From Elusimicrobiota bacterium (GTDB lineage: Bacteria; Elusimicrobiota; Elusimicrobia; Elusimicrobiales; Elusimicrobiaceae): a stretch of DNA of 59,222 nucleotides. Below the pieces are notes generated by a model, which saw only the letters and a program-made list of their open reading frames with translations, was not told where the DNA came from and did not search any database. Shown here one piece after another: positions 15,592 through 24,589 of this stretch. Within the stretch, counting starts at the first letter, position 1, and every line of letters starts with the position of its first letter. Location of the stretch: NCBI GenBank assembly GCA_031264445.1, contig JAISDW010000147.1, positions 1 through 59,222 of the forward strand. The letters are read 5' to 3'. Position numbers and translations under genes: made by a program.

Positions 15592-17037
15592 CTACCAATG
15601 CAAATCAGGCTCGCGCGCGGCGCTGACCTCGTCTATACGCTTCACAGGGCAGTTCTGCGGGGCTTTGTGCAGCAAGTCCGGCGAAGTCTGCGCTTCCTCA
15701 TAAATCTTTATCATTGCGGCGGCGAAGTTATCCATAGTCTCGCGGCTTTCGGTTTCGGTAGGCTCAACCATAAGAGCCTCTGGCACCAGCAGCGGGAAGT
15801 ATATCGTCGGCGCGTGGAATCCCATATCAAGCAGCCGTTTGGCGATATCCAGCGTTTTAACGCCGTTCATTTTGGCGGCGTCCAGCGTGAACACGCACTC
15901 GTGCATGCACGGATAATCAAAAAATACGGGGAAATGTTTTTGCAGCAGCGCCTTAAGATAATTGGCGTTAAGCACCGCGTTCTGCGATATTTCCTTAAGC
16001 GTTTGGCCGTCGTGCTGACGCAGATAGCAGTAAGCGCGTATCAGGACGCCGATATTGCCGTAAAAACTCTTAACCGCGCCTATGCTGCGCTTTGAAGGCT
16101 TGGCGAAAGAATATTTTTTGCCGTCAAAAGCAACGCGGCCCTGCGGCAAAAATTCTTCCAGATTTTTTACCACGCCTACCGCGCCCGCGCCGGGCCCGCC
16201 GCCGCCGTGCGGCGTTGAAAGCGTTTTATGCGTGTTTATATGCATGATGTCAACGCCCATTTCAGCAGGCTTTACAGTGCCGATGACGGCGTTGAAATTC
16301 GCCCCGTCCATATAAAGCAGCGCGCCGGCTTCGTGTATAAGCGGAGCGATGGCTTTTATGTCTTTTTCAAACAGGCCGACCGTGTTTGGGATAGTCAGCA
16401 TCACCAAAGCCGTCTTAGGGCCTAAAGCTTTTTTAAGCTCCTCTATATCAACCCTTCCGTCGGGGGCGGACTTAATGCTTATCACGCCGAAACCGCACAT
16501 TGCGGCCGTGGCCGGGTTGGTGCCGTGGGCGGTATCCGGCACTATGATTTCCGTGCGGGCTTTGTCTTTGCGTGAAAGATGATAAGCCTTGGCCATAAGC
16601 GCGCCGGTAAATTCCCCGTGTGCGCCGGCGGCGGGCTGCAGGGTAAAAGCGTCAAAACCGGTAGCGGCCTTAAGGAGCTCTTCCAGTTTATACAGCAGCT
16701 CCAGCGTTCCCTGCGCGCTTTGTTCCGGCGCAAAGGGGTGCGCGGCGGCAAAGCCGTCATGCGCGGCAAGCGCCTCATAGGCTTTGGGGTTGTACTTCAT
16801 GGTGCACGAGCCCAGCGGATAAAAATGCGTGTCAAGCCCAACATTGAGGCGTGAAAGATTGCTGAAGTGGCGCACGGTATCAAGCTCGCTCAGCTGCGGA
16901 AGTCTGGGTTCTTCGCCGCGCAGCAGGCCGGCGGGCAGATAATCGCCCGCGCGTTTTGACGCGGGCGCAAACCTGACGCCCCTGCGACCGGCGACGGATT
17001 TTTCAATTGACAGTAAATTATGCGGATAATTGTTCAT
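15592..17037 (-). CDS. gcvPB: Glycine dehydrogenase (aminomethyl-transferring) subunit 2
   Basis: PLGSCTMKYNP and NTHKTLSTPHGGGGPG (PLP lysine region). Synteny with gcvPA/H/T. Confidence 0.92.
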   Translation of the reverse strand: MNNYPHNLLSIEKSVAGRRGVRFAPASKRAGDYLPAGLLRGEEPRLPQLSELDTVRHFSNLSRLNVGLDTHFYPLGSCTMKYNPKAYEALAAHDGFAAAHPFAPEQSAQGTLELLYKLEELLKAATGFDAFTLQPAAGAHGEFTGALMAKAYHLSRKDKARTEIIVPDTAHGTNPATAAMCGFGVISIKSAPDGRVDIEELKKALGPKTALVMLTIPNTVGLFEKDIKAIAPLIHEAGALLYMDGANFNAVIGTVKPAEMGVDIMHINTHKTLSTPHGGGGPGAGAVGVVKNLEEFLPQGRVAFDGKKYSFAKPSKRSIGAVKSFYGNIGVLIRAYCYLRQHDGQTLKEISQNAVLNANYLKALLQKHFPVFFDYPCMHECVFTLDAAKMNGVKTLDIAKRLLDMGFHAPTIYFPLLVPEALMVEPTETESRETMDNFAAAMIKIYEEAQTSPDLLHKAPQNCPVKRIDEVSAAREPDLHW

Positions 17038-17039
17038 AA

Positions 17040-18365
17040 TTAAATCCCCCCAAGGGCGGATATATAAGCCTCAATATCGGCGGCGGTTTTGGTTTCCGTC
17101 GCGCAGACAAGCAGCAGGTCTTTGCATTCTTTGCAGACTTTGCCGTAATCATAACCCGCGGTTATGCCTTTTTTGGCCAGCGCTTTTATCACTTTGGCCG
17201 CCGGCACGGGGCACCTGATTAAAAATTCGTTAAAGAAAGGCGCTTGGGCCGCAAGGCCGTAGCCCGGGACAGCGCAAATCTTCTGCTGCAGGATATGGGC
17301 GTTTTCAATATTAAGCTCCGCCGCTTCTTTAAGGCCGGCCGGCCCCAAAAGCGTCAGATAAATAACCGCGTTAAGCGCGCACAAAGCCTGGTTGGAGCAG
17401 ATATTTGAGGAAGCTCTCTCCCGTCTTATATGCTGCTCGCGCGCCTGAAGGGTAAGCACAAAAGCGCGTTTGCCGTCAGCGTCCTTTGCTATGCCGCAGA
17501 TACGGCCAGGGATATGGCGTATATGTTCTTTCTTACACGTAAATATGCCCAGCCCGGGCCCGCCGAAAGCCATTGCATTGCCCAGCGGCTGGCCTTCGCC
17601 AACGGCAAAATCCGCGCCGTAAGCGCCCGGCGCTTTAAGCGCGCCGAGGCTCAGAGGATTGGCCGATACTATAAGCAGCGCGCCTTTGGCCTTAACGATT
17701 TGGCTGACGGCGTCCCCGTCCTCTATGCAGCCCAGAAAGTTGGGGGTTTGCAGTACGAAAGCGGCGACGTCGCCGGTAAGTTTGGCCTCAAGGTCGGCCA
17801 AGTCGGTAATGCCGTCTTTGGTATTTACAAATTCAAAATTAATATTATTGCCGAAGCCGAAATAAGTTTTAAGCACCTTCACATACTGCGGGTTCACCGC
17901 GCAGGCGAGCAAAATTTTATTTTTGCCCTTAATCCTGGCAGCCGCGCCGCAGGCTTCCGCAAGCGCGGTGGCGCCGTCGTAATGGGAAGCGTTTGAAGCG
18001 TCCATACCGTATAAGGCACACATGCAGCTCTGGTATTCGTAAATAACCTGTAATGTGCCCTGGCTGGCCTCGGCCTGATAAGGCGTATAAGCCGTCAGGA
18101 ACTCCCCGCGCGAACTTAAGGCATTAACTGCGGCCGGTATAAAATGCTCGTAAATGCCCGCGCCGGCAAAATTGAGCATCGGTTTATTTTTGGCGGCAAG
18201 GGCTTTGACTTCGCGCGTAAGCGCGGCTTCGCTGAGCGCGGCTGGCAGATTGTACTGCGGGTTCATCAAATCCTGCGGGATATCTTTGAACAAATCTTCA
18301 AGCGTCTGCGCGCCGATGACTTTTAACATTTCCTGCTGGTTTTCTTTTGTATTGGGGGTAAACAT
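17040..18365 (-). CDS. gcvPA: Glycine dehydrogenase (aminomethyl-transferring) subunit 1
   Basis: FLTAYTPYQAEASQGTLQ motif. Synteny. Confidence 0.92.
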   Translation of the reverse strand: MFTPNTKENQQEMLKVIGAQTLEDLFKDIPQDLMNPQYNLPAALSEAALTREVKALAAKNKPMLNFAGAGIYEHFIPAAVNALSSRGEFLTAYTPYQAEASQGTLQVIYEYQSCMCALYGMDASNASHYDGATALAEACGAAARIKGKNKILLACAVNPQYVKVLKTYFGFGNNINFEFVNTKDGITDLADLEAKLTGDVAAFVLQTPNFLGCIEDGDAVSQIVKAKGALLIVSANPLSLGALKAPGAYGADFAVGEGQPLGNAMAFGGPGLGIFTCKKEHIRHIPGRICGIAKDADGKRAFVLTLQAREQHIRRERASSNICSNQALCALNAVIYLTLLGPAGLKEAAELNIENAHILQQKICAVPGYGLAAQAPFFNEFLIRCPVPAAKVIKALAKKGITAGYDYGKVCKECKDLLLVCATETKTAADIEAYISALGGI

Positions 18366-18432
18366 AAAAATTCTCCGCCGGCGGCATACCGGCCGGCTGA
18401 GCGCCGCCGGTACGCCGTGCCGGACTCAAAAA

Positions 18433-18807
18433 TTACAGCGTGGCTTTATAATCAGCGTAGGAAGCAAGAGCCTCAGCTTCCGCGGGGTTTGACATTTTAA
18501 CTTTAAATATCCAGCCTTCGCCGTGCGGGGCTTTGTTGACGAGGGCAGGGTCGCCCGTGAGAGCGTCGTTGACGGCAATAACCTCACCCGAGACGGGGGC
18601 GTAAATATCCGAAGCGGATTTTACGGATTCTATTACCGCCGCCCTTTTGCCGGCTTCAACTTTTGCGCCGGTTTTGGGCAGCTCAACAAAAACGATATCG
18701 CTTATTTCATGCTGGGCATGGTCGCTTATGCCGACGACCGCAGTATCGCCCTCAATAAAAGCCCATTCGTGGGTTTTTGCAAACTTGCAGTTTTCCTGAT
18801 TATACAT
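18433..18807 (-). CDS. gcvH: Glycine cleavage system H protein
   Basis: THEW..GISDHAQ..DIVFVELP..ESVKSASDIYAPVSGEV (lipoyl-lysine motif). Confidence 0.92.
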   Translation of the reverse strand: MYNQENCKFAKTHEWAFIEGDTAVVGISDHAQHEISDIVFVELPKTGAKVEAGKRAAVIESVKSASDIYAPVSGEVIAVNDALTGDPALVNKAPHGEGWIFKVKMSNPAEAEALASYADYKATL

Positions 18808-18833
18808 TTTGATACCTCGCTTATTTTTTAGAT

Positions 18834-19913
18834 TTATAAGATTTTGTAAAACGGCGTTTTTACCGATTTAGCCGGAACCATTTTGCCGCGTATTTCAATT
18901 TCAACTTCGGAGTCTTCTGGCAAATCAGCCGGAGCGTATCCCGCGCAAATCGCCTTAAACAAAGGCGAAAACACGCCGCTGGTCAGTTTGCCGATTTGTT
19001 TTCCGTCTTTGTAAATCAAAGCTCCCTCGCGCGCAATGCCGCCGTCCAATTTAAAGCTCTGCCATTTTTCTTTTACGCCTTCTTCTTTTTGTTTCAGCAG
19101 CGCGGGCTTGCCGATAAAATCAATGTCTTTGTTCATTTTTACGACCCAGCCGAAAGAAGCCTCGTAAGGCGTTCTGGTTTCGTCCATATCGCTGCCGCTC
19201 AAAAGATAGCCGGCTTCAAAACGCAGAATATCGCGCGAGCCGAGGCCGCAGGGCTTAAAGCCGTTTTGCAGCGCCCAGTCAAAAAGTTTATTTATCACGT
19301 CCGCGCCGCCCATGATTTCACAGCCCTCTTCGCCGGTGTAGCCCGTGCGGGTTATTATAACGTCTCCGCCGAGGATTTTTGCCTCTTTAAGGTTAAAGCG
19401 CGGCAGGTTTTTGATATCCGCGTCAAGTTTGGTAAGGATATCCAAAGCCTTGGGGCCTTGTAGTGCAAGCATGGTATAATTATCGGAAGCGTCAATTACC
19501 TTCGCGTCAAATTTACCCTCTTTGGCGACTTTGGCGAACCATGCATAATCCTTATCTTTAGTGGCGGAATTTACCACGACCAGAAACTTCTGCGGCGTCA
19601 TGCAGAAGGCGATAATATCGTCTATAACGCCGCCCTTTTCGGTAAGCACGTGCGAATACGCGCCCGCGCCCGGGGTGTTTTTGAAATTATTGGTGGCAAT
19701 CGTTTGCAGCAGTTTATGGGCATCGGGGCCTTCAAAAAAAATCTGCCCCATGTGGGAGACGTCAAACATGCCTGCGTCTTCCCTGACTGCCTTATGCTCG
19801 GCGATGATGCCCTCAAACTGCATGGGCAGCAGCCAGCCGTGGAAATCAACCATCTTGCCGCCCGCTTTTTCGCAGGCGTCGTAAAGCGCGGTCTTTCTTA
19901 TTATGTGTTCCAT
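18834..19913 (-). CDS. gcvT: Glycine cleavage system aminomethyltransferase T
   Basis: MEHIIRKTALYDACEKAGGKMVDFHGWLLPMQF matches the GcvT N-terminus. The listed 40-codon upstream extension (to 20033) has no homology logic and runs into the divergent promoter. Confidence 0.9.
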   Translation of the reverse strand: MEHIIRKTALYDACEKAGGKMVDFHGWLLPMQFEGIIAEHKAVREDAGMFDVSHMGQIFFEGPDAHKLLQTIATNNFKNTPGAGAYSHVLTEKGGVIDDIIAFCMTPQKFLVVVNSATKDKDYAWFAKVAKEGKFDAKVIDASDNYTMLALQGPKALDILTKLDADIKNLPRFNLKEAKILGGDVIITRTGYTGEEGCEIMGGADVINKLFDWALQNGFKPCGLGSRDILRFEAGYLLSGSDMDETRTPYEASFGWVVKMNKDIDFIGKPALLKQKEEGVKEKWQSFKLDGGIAREGALIYKDGKQIGKLTSGVFSPLFKAICAGYAPADLPEDSEVEIEIRGKMVPAKSVKTPFYKIL

Positions 19914-20026
19914 AAATGAGGAAAGCTCCTTTAGATAATATATATCTAAATTATATAGTATTTTTGCCGCTATTGCGAGCGCACATTTCAGGCGCGTGCA
20001 AATTTTAAGAAGCAAGCATAAAATGC

Positions 20027-20055
20027 TTGACAAATTGATAAGGTACCTGTATAAT
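20027..20055 (+). promoter_or_regulatory. Consensus sigma70 promoter of the MarR gene
   Basis: TTGACA-17 nt-TATAAT, perfect hexamers and spacing. Confidence 0.7.
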
Positions 20056-20090
20056 ATATTCAGGTACCTTCCTAATTTTATAATTAGGAA
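20040..20090 (+). promoter_or_regulatory. Two palindromic operator candidates
   Basis: AAGGTACCTG (20040-49) and CAGGTACCTT (20061-70) bracket the -10 hexamer. TTCCTAATT-TTAT-AATTAGGAA lies at 20069-20090. Confidence 0.45.
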
Positions 20091-20144
20091 ACTACAACAG
20101 GGCCGACGGGCCCTGCGGTTTACAACCGCAGCAGGAGTATTAAC

Positions 20145-20792
20145 ATGACAGAAAAGAGCATAAACTTAATGGAAAAGTTGTTCAGGGTGGTGGGACTTAT
20201 GCACCGGCTTCATCACCACAGCCAAATGGAGCACGGGCCATTTGCCAGCCCGCACCGCGGGCAGGGCAGGGTGCTGGCCATTTTAAAAATGCAGCCGGAA
20301 ATAAGCCAGAAAGACCTGGGATATTTACTTGATATGAGAGCCCAGTCTTTGGGCGAGCTTTTGGCCAAGCTTGAAAAAAACGGCTTTATCACGCGCGCCC
20401 AGTCTGAGGAAGACCAGCGCGTTATGAACATAAAGCTGACCGAAAAAGGCGCGCAGGCCGCTGCCGGCGCGGCTGAGCAGGATGAAGAGGAAGGCTTTTT
20501 TTCCACCATCACCCGTGATGAGGAAAAAACTCTCGGCGCCATTTTGGACAAAGTGATAAAGGAGCTGGAAAGCAAAACCGGCGCCCCGGAAGGTGAAGAC
20601 CCGCGTGAAGCATTCCGCGCGCACTTTGACATGCACGGCCACATGGGCCATAGCCGCGATACTGACGGCCACGGCGGGCGGGATTTTGACGTTAAGGAAT
20701 TAAGAGAAGAATTAAAAACAGCTTACCGCCACGGCGGGCGCGAAGGCATACGCGAACGCTTAAGAGAAATGAAACCGCGCCGCGAAAAATAA
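20145..20792 (+). CDS. MarR-family transcriptional regulator with a His/charged C-terminal extension
   Basis: Winged-helix core RVLAILKMQPEISQKDLGYLLDMRAQSLGELLAKLEKNGFITR. A tail of roughly 100 aa contains HFDMHGHMGHSRDTDGHGG. Confidence 0.85.
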   Translation: MTEKSINLMEKLFRVVGLMHRLHHHSQMEHGPFASPHRGQGRVLAILKMQPEISQKDLGYLLDMRAQSLGELLAKLEKNGFITRAQSEEDQRVMNIKLTEKGAQAAAGAAEQDEEEGFFSTITRDEEKTLGAILDKVIKELESKTGAPEGEDPREAFRAHFDMHGHMGHSRDTDGHGGRDFDVKELREELKTAYRHGGREGIRERLREMKPRREK

Positions 20793-20811
20793 TGCCGCGC
20801 CGCCAATACTA

Positions 20812-20848
20812 AACTGCCCCGTGCTTCCGCGCGGGGCAGTTTCTTTCT
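20812..20848 (+). terminator. Rho-independent terminator of the MarR gene
   Basis: CTGCCCCG-10 nt loop-CGGGGCAG followed by TTTCTTTCT. Confidence 0.7.
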
Positions 20849-21120
20849 CTCCCTCTCCCTTAATTCCCCTCCATTGGAGGGGTGGCCACGCCATAGCGAG
20901 CCACGGCGTAGCGTAGCGAAGACGGACGCAGCGAAGGCGGGGACGGGGTGGTAAAGAGAGGCCACCTTTTTTCTCCCCTCTCCCTTGATGGGAGAGGGCG
21001 GCGAGCGCAGTGAGCGGGTGAGGGTGGATTATTAAAAGTTTTAACAGAAGCTAATAAAGAAAATACCCCCTCTCCTGCTCGCTATGCTCGCTTCCTCTCC
21101 CCCACGGGGGCGAGGATATT
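20849..21120. repeat. Intergenic repeat mosaic locus 4
   Basis: U3(-) 20849-20951, U1(-) 20975-21027 and U5 21065-21120 (inverted copy at 31914-31967). Confidence 0.8.
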
Positions 21121-21207
21121 ATTAAATAAGCTGCTGTCGGCCAGCCAGACGCGGGGCAGTTTCTTAAAAATAAAATGTACAATATAATTAAAACAAGGAG
21201 ACAACAA

Positions 21208-21888
21208 ATGCTAAAGATGAAAATACTATTTGTTTTGCCGGCGGTATTTTTTATATCGGCTTGCGCTTCAATAAAAGACATCGCGGCGGAAGCCGTATCG
21301 GAAGTAAAAACGCAAATCCAGCAACAGGATAATTATCAAAATCCGCAGGATTATCAGGCCGTTTTTGATAATACAAAATCAAAAGTCATTTTGAAAAATA
21401 CGATGATTGATTTCCCTGAAATATATTTGCCCAATAAAATATTTAAAGGCGCGGATACCTATCTGACAGGTAAAGACATTAAAAATTCCTTTGACGGCGC
21501 CGGCGACGAAATTTATTATTTTTTTCATACGGAAGTCTTAACCGCAAAGAAAACCCCCGGCGTTTTGGCTTCGGATAATTTGTATATTTTAATGTTTACG
21601 TTTACTTCTAAGGTAAATACCGTAGCCGATATTGACGGCAATAAATATTATTTAGAAAACGTAAACGATTATCAAAATAATCTCGCGTATTCTCTGGAAG
21701 GTTCTTTTAGCGTAGGTTTGCCTGATTATGCCGTAAAATTTACAAAAAATTATCTGGAAAAACATCAGGACGAAGGCATAACGATGATTTTGGACACGCA
21801 AAACAACACAGACAAAAAGATTCGTTTTGACATTCCGCCGTATTATATAAAAGCGGTAATAGATAAAGTGGAATCGGTTAAAAAGTAA
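21208..21888 (+). CDS. Hypothetical lipoprotein
   Basis: MLKMKILFVLPAVFFISAC lipobox. AAGGAG SD 7 nt upstream of ATG 21208. AT-rich; no family recognised. Confidence 0.65.
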   Translation: MLKMKILFVLPAVFFISACASIKDIAAEAVSEVKTQIQQQDNYQNPQDYQAVFDNTKSKVILKNTMIDFPEIYLPNKIFKGADTYLTGKDIKNSFDGAGDEIYYFFHTEVLTAKKTPGVLASDNLYILMFTFTSKVNTVADIDGNKYYLENVNDYQNNLAYSLEGSFSVGLPDYAVKFTKNYLEKHQDEGITMILDTQNNTDKKIRFDIPPYYIKAVIDKVESVKK

Positions 21889-21917
21889 AAGTTTAGTTTT
21901 GAGTTCTAAAAATAACT

Positions 21918-21949
21918 AAAACCCTTTGACATATTTGCCAAAGGGTTTT
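21918..21949 (+). terminator. Terminator-like hairpin after the lipoprotein gene
   Basis: AAAACCCTTTG-10 nt-CAAAGGGTTTT perfect 11-bp stem. Confidence 0.55.
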
Positions 21950-22139
21950 AGTGTCCCTTATCTTACCGAAGTAAGCAGCTCTTTGCTTCTATCATATTAC
22001 TATTATTACAAATTATATCGGATTTTAGATCAAGTAATATAACGATAAACTTATTTTGCTACAATATTTTTGTACGCGGACAGAATTATATTACAGGAAA
22101 AACAGGTTTAAATTACAAAGAAGGATTAAAGAACTTAAA

Positions 22140-23150
22140 ATGAATAAGCCGCCGTTTACCATTACCGAAAAAATTACCAATCTCGCCGCGCAGATAGCCG
22201 AACAAATAGGGAAAATCCAAGGCTCCGGCGAGTATGGCCGTAATTTGCATTTACGCAAGGTAAACCGATTGCGTTCAATCCAGTCTTCCACGGCTATAGA
22301 AGGCAACACTCTTTCCCTTGAGCAAATAACCGACGTGATAAACGGCAAGCGCGTAATAGGCAATCCCCGCGAAATAAAGGAAGTAAAAAACGCCTATGAC
22401 GCTTATGAGCAAATGTTAAAATTCAATCCTTTCAATACGGCCGACTTTTTGGAAGCGCACAAATTGCTGACGGTTGGTTTGGTAGAGGAAGCCGGGCGCT
22501 TTCGCACCGGTAATGTCGGGGTGTTTGCGGGCAATAAAATTGTGCATCTCGGCGCAAGGCCGGAGTTTGTCCCCAACCTTGTACAAGATCTGTTTGACTG
22601 GGCAAAAAAATCTGATATCCACCCGTTGATAAAAAGTTCGGTTGTGCATTTTGAGATAGAGTTTATCCACCCATTTGCGGACGGTAACGGGCGTATCGGG
22701 AGGCTTTGGCAAACACTGATACTCAGCCGTTGGCACGAGATTTTCGCATGGATACCGACAGAAACGATTATTTATGAAAATCAGGCGGAGTATTACCAGA
22801 TGCTTGGTAATGCTGAAAAAACAGCCGATTCAACAGAGTTTATAGAATTTATGCTTGAAGCGATTAAGGCGGCCTTGAATGAATTGCCGGTTAATAAAAT
22901 TACCGATATAATTCCCGATAAACTTACCGATAAATTATCAAAGGCCGAGCTTGATTTTTTACGGGCAATAGCCGGATTCCTTGAGAATAACGGTGAGATT
23001 GACAATTACCGCGCGCAGCTGCTTACCAATAAATCGGCGGAAAGCGTCAAAAAATACTTTGCATCACTTGTCAATGCGGGTATTTTGGCCGCAACCGGCG
23101 CGAACAAAGGGCGTAAATATAAATTAAAAGTTTCAGACCAAATAAAGTAA
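22140..23150 (+). CDS. Fic-family protein (class II, N-terminal inhibitory helix; C-terminal winged-helix-like tail)
   Basis: Fic motif HPFADGNGRIGR (from nt 22668) and inhibition motif STAIEG = [ST]xxxE[GN] (from nt 22287). ATG at 22140; the listed TTG extension is unsupported. Confidence 0.88.
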   Translation: MNKPPFTITEKITNLAAQIAEQIGKIQGSGEYGRNLHLRKVNRLRSIQSSTAIEGNTLSLEQITDVINGKRVIGNPREIKEVKNAYDAYEQMLKFNPFNTADFLEAHKLLTVGLVEEAGRFRTGNVGVFAGNKIVHLGARPEFVPNLVQDLFDWAKKSDIHPLIKSSVVHFEIEFIHPFADGNGRIGRLWQTLILSRWHEIFAWIPTETIIYENQAEYYQMLGNAEKTADSTEFIEFMLEAIKAALNELPVNKITDIIPDKLTDKLSKAELDFLRAIAGFLENNGEIDNYRAQLLTNKSAESVKKYFASLVNAGILAATGANKGRKYKLKVSDQIK

Positions 23151-23245
23151 TAAGGCCATATCTTTCCTGCTTCCGCGAAATTGCCGCTATATTACCGCTA
23201 CTCTATCTTAAAATTACCGCAAAGTCCAGATTTAATTTTTTATAT

Positions 23246-24589
23246 CTACCGCCAGCCTTCGGCTTTGGCATAAGACAGCAGGCCGTCGCGCAGACTTTCG
23301 GCAATCTTCGCGCGCGAGGCCTTGGAATTCAAACGCTTCTTATCATTGCTGTTGCTCATATAGCCCATTTCCACCAGTACGGCGGGCGCCTGCACGCCGC
23401 GCAGCACGTAAAAATTAGCCTGTTTTATGCAGCTGTTTTCATGAACTTTTATGCCGATGGCGCGGCTGTTTTTGCCTACCGCGCGCTTTATATGCCCCGC
23501 GATTTTGGAAGATTCGTTCATATTCTCGTTATTGGCGAGCGATTTTAAAAGCAGCTCGGCAAAACTTACCGCCGTCGGGGATTTGCCTTCGTACTGCAGG
23601 GCCTCGTTTTCAAGGGCGGCGGTTTCGGCCGCTTCTGCGGAGGAGGCTTTGTCCGAGCGGAAGTAAACCTCAAACCCGTCGGCCGACGGCCGCTTTGCCG
23701 CATTGGAATGCAGCGAAATAAAAATATCGGCCTTGAAATCATTGGCCATTTTCGCGCGGCCGCCCAGGGTGATAAAAGTATCATTGCTGCGCGTCATTTT
23801 GACTTCAAAATCCTTTTCTTTGGAGAGCAGCGCGTAAAGCTCCTTCGCGACGGCGAGGTTTATGCTCTTTTCCGGCGAGCTGCCCGGGCGCACTGCCCCC
23901 GGGTCTTTATCGCCGTGGCCCGCGTCAATCAGTATGCGTGCTTTGCGCGTTTTTTTGCCGGGCCGGTTATCCATCCGCGCGACGGAAGGCGGCAGAGTTT
24001 TAAGCACGGCTTTTGGCAGCGGTTTGGCGGCTGCAGGCGCAGCAACTGCGGCAGCGGCTGCAGGCGGCGGCGTAAAAAAGGAATCGGTTATATCCTCCGC
24101 CCCGTCGGGCGCGGAAGATTCTGGCGGCGCGGCGGCCGTGATTACGGCGCGCGGCGCGGCAATGCCGTCTGATTTTTTTATTATTATTTTGCCGTCCGCA
24201 AGTGATACATCGCAGCCCGCGGCCGCGGCTATTGAGCCCTGCGAAAAGAAACTCAGCGGCGCGTACAAATCCCCGCCGCGCATCAGGACTGGGGCCGAAA
24301 GCCGCTCATCCTTCCCGTTGACCACAGCGAGAGCCAGATCCCTGCGCAGCACGCAGAAGTACCCGTCGCCGTTTTTGATATTTAACTGGCCGGAGCGGCC
24401 GAACCAGCTCGTCCGCATTTTGAGGAGTTTGGAAAGTGGGCGCGCTTCAACATAAGTATCCCCGTTTTCCTGCAATACTTTAACCGAGCCTTTGCTTTTG
24501 CCGAATAGTTCCACCGGCGTCTTTTGCTGTGCGAAGCCGCATGATAAAAGGGCCGTGCCAAGCGCGGTTAAGAGTATTTTTTTAAGCAT
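23246..24589 (-). CDS. N-acetylmuramoyl-L-alanine amidase (Amidase_3) with N-terminal stalk domain
   Basis: ILIDAGHGDKDPGA..FISLHSNA..VLVEMGYMSN catalytic-domain motifs. Signal/lipobox LLSCG. Ala/Pro-rich linker. Confidence 0.85.
   Translation of the reverse strand: MLKKILLTALGTALLSCGFAQQKTPVELFGKSKGSVKVLQENGDTYVEARPLSKLLKMRTSWFGRSGQLNIKNGDGYFCVLRRDLALAVVNGKDERLSAPVLMRGGDLYAPLSFFSQGSIAAAAGCDVSLADGKIIIKKSDGIAAPRAVITAAAPPESSAPDGAEDITDSFFTPPPAAAAAVAAPAAAKPLPKAVLKTLPPSVARMDNRPGKKTRKARILIDAGHGDKDPGAVRPGSSPEKSINLAVAKELYALLSKEKDFEVKMTRSNDTFITLGGRAKMANDFKADIFISLHSNAAKRPSADGFEVYFRSDKASSAEAAETAALENEALQYEGKSPTAVSFAELLLKSLANNENMNESSKIAGHIKRAVGKNSRAIGIKVHENSCIKQANFYVLRGVQAPAVLVEMGYMSNSNDKKRLNSKASRAKIAESLRDGLLSYAKAEGWR

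Noticed and set aside
19914-20026. Glycine riboswitch upstream of gcvT
   Set aside because: The minus-strand leader is AT-rich and lacks the conserved GGAGAG / CACCG-type cores of the glycine riboswitch aptamers that I could recognise by eye. An Rfam scan would be needed to be definitive.
20040-20070. Invertible promoter (inverton) at the MarR inverted repeats
   Set aside because: The arms are only 10 bp and enclose 11 nt, far too short for an invertible segment. No site-specific recombinase gene is in the window, so an operator is the simpler reading.
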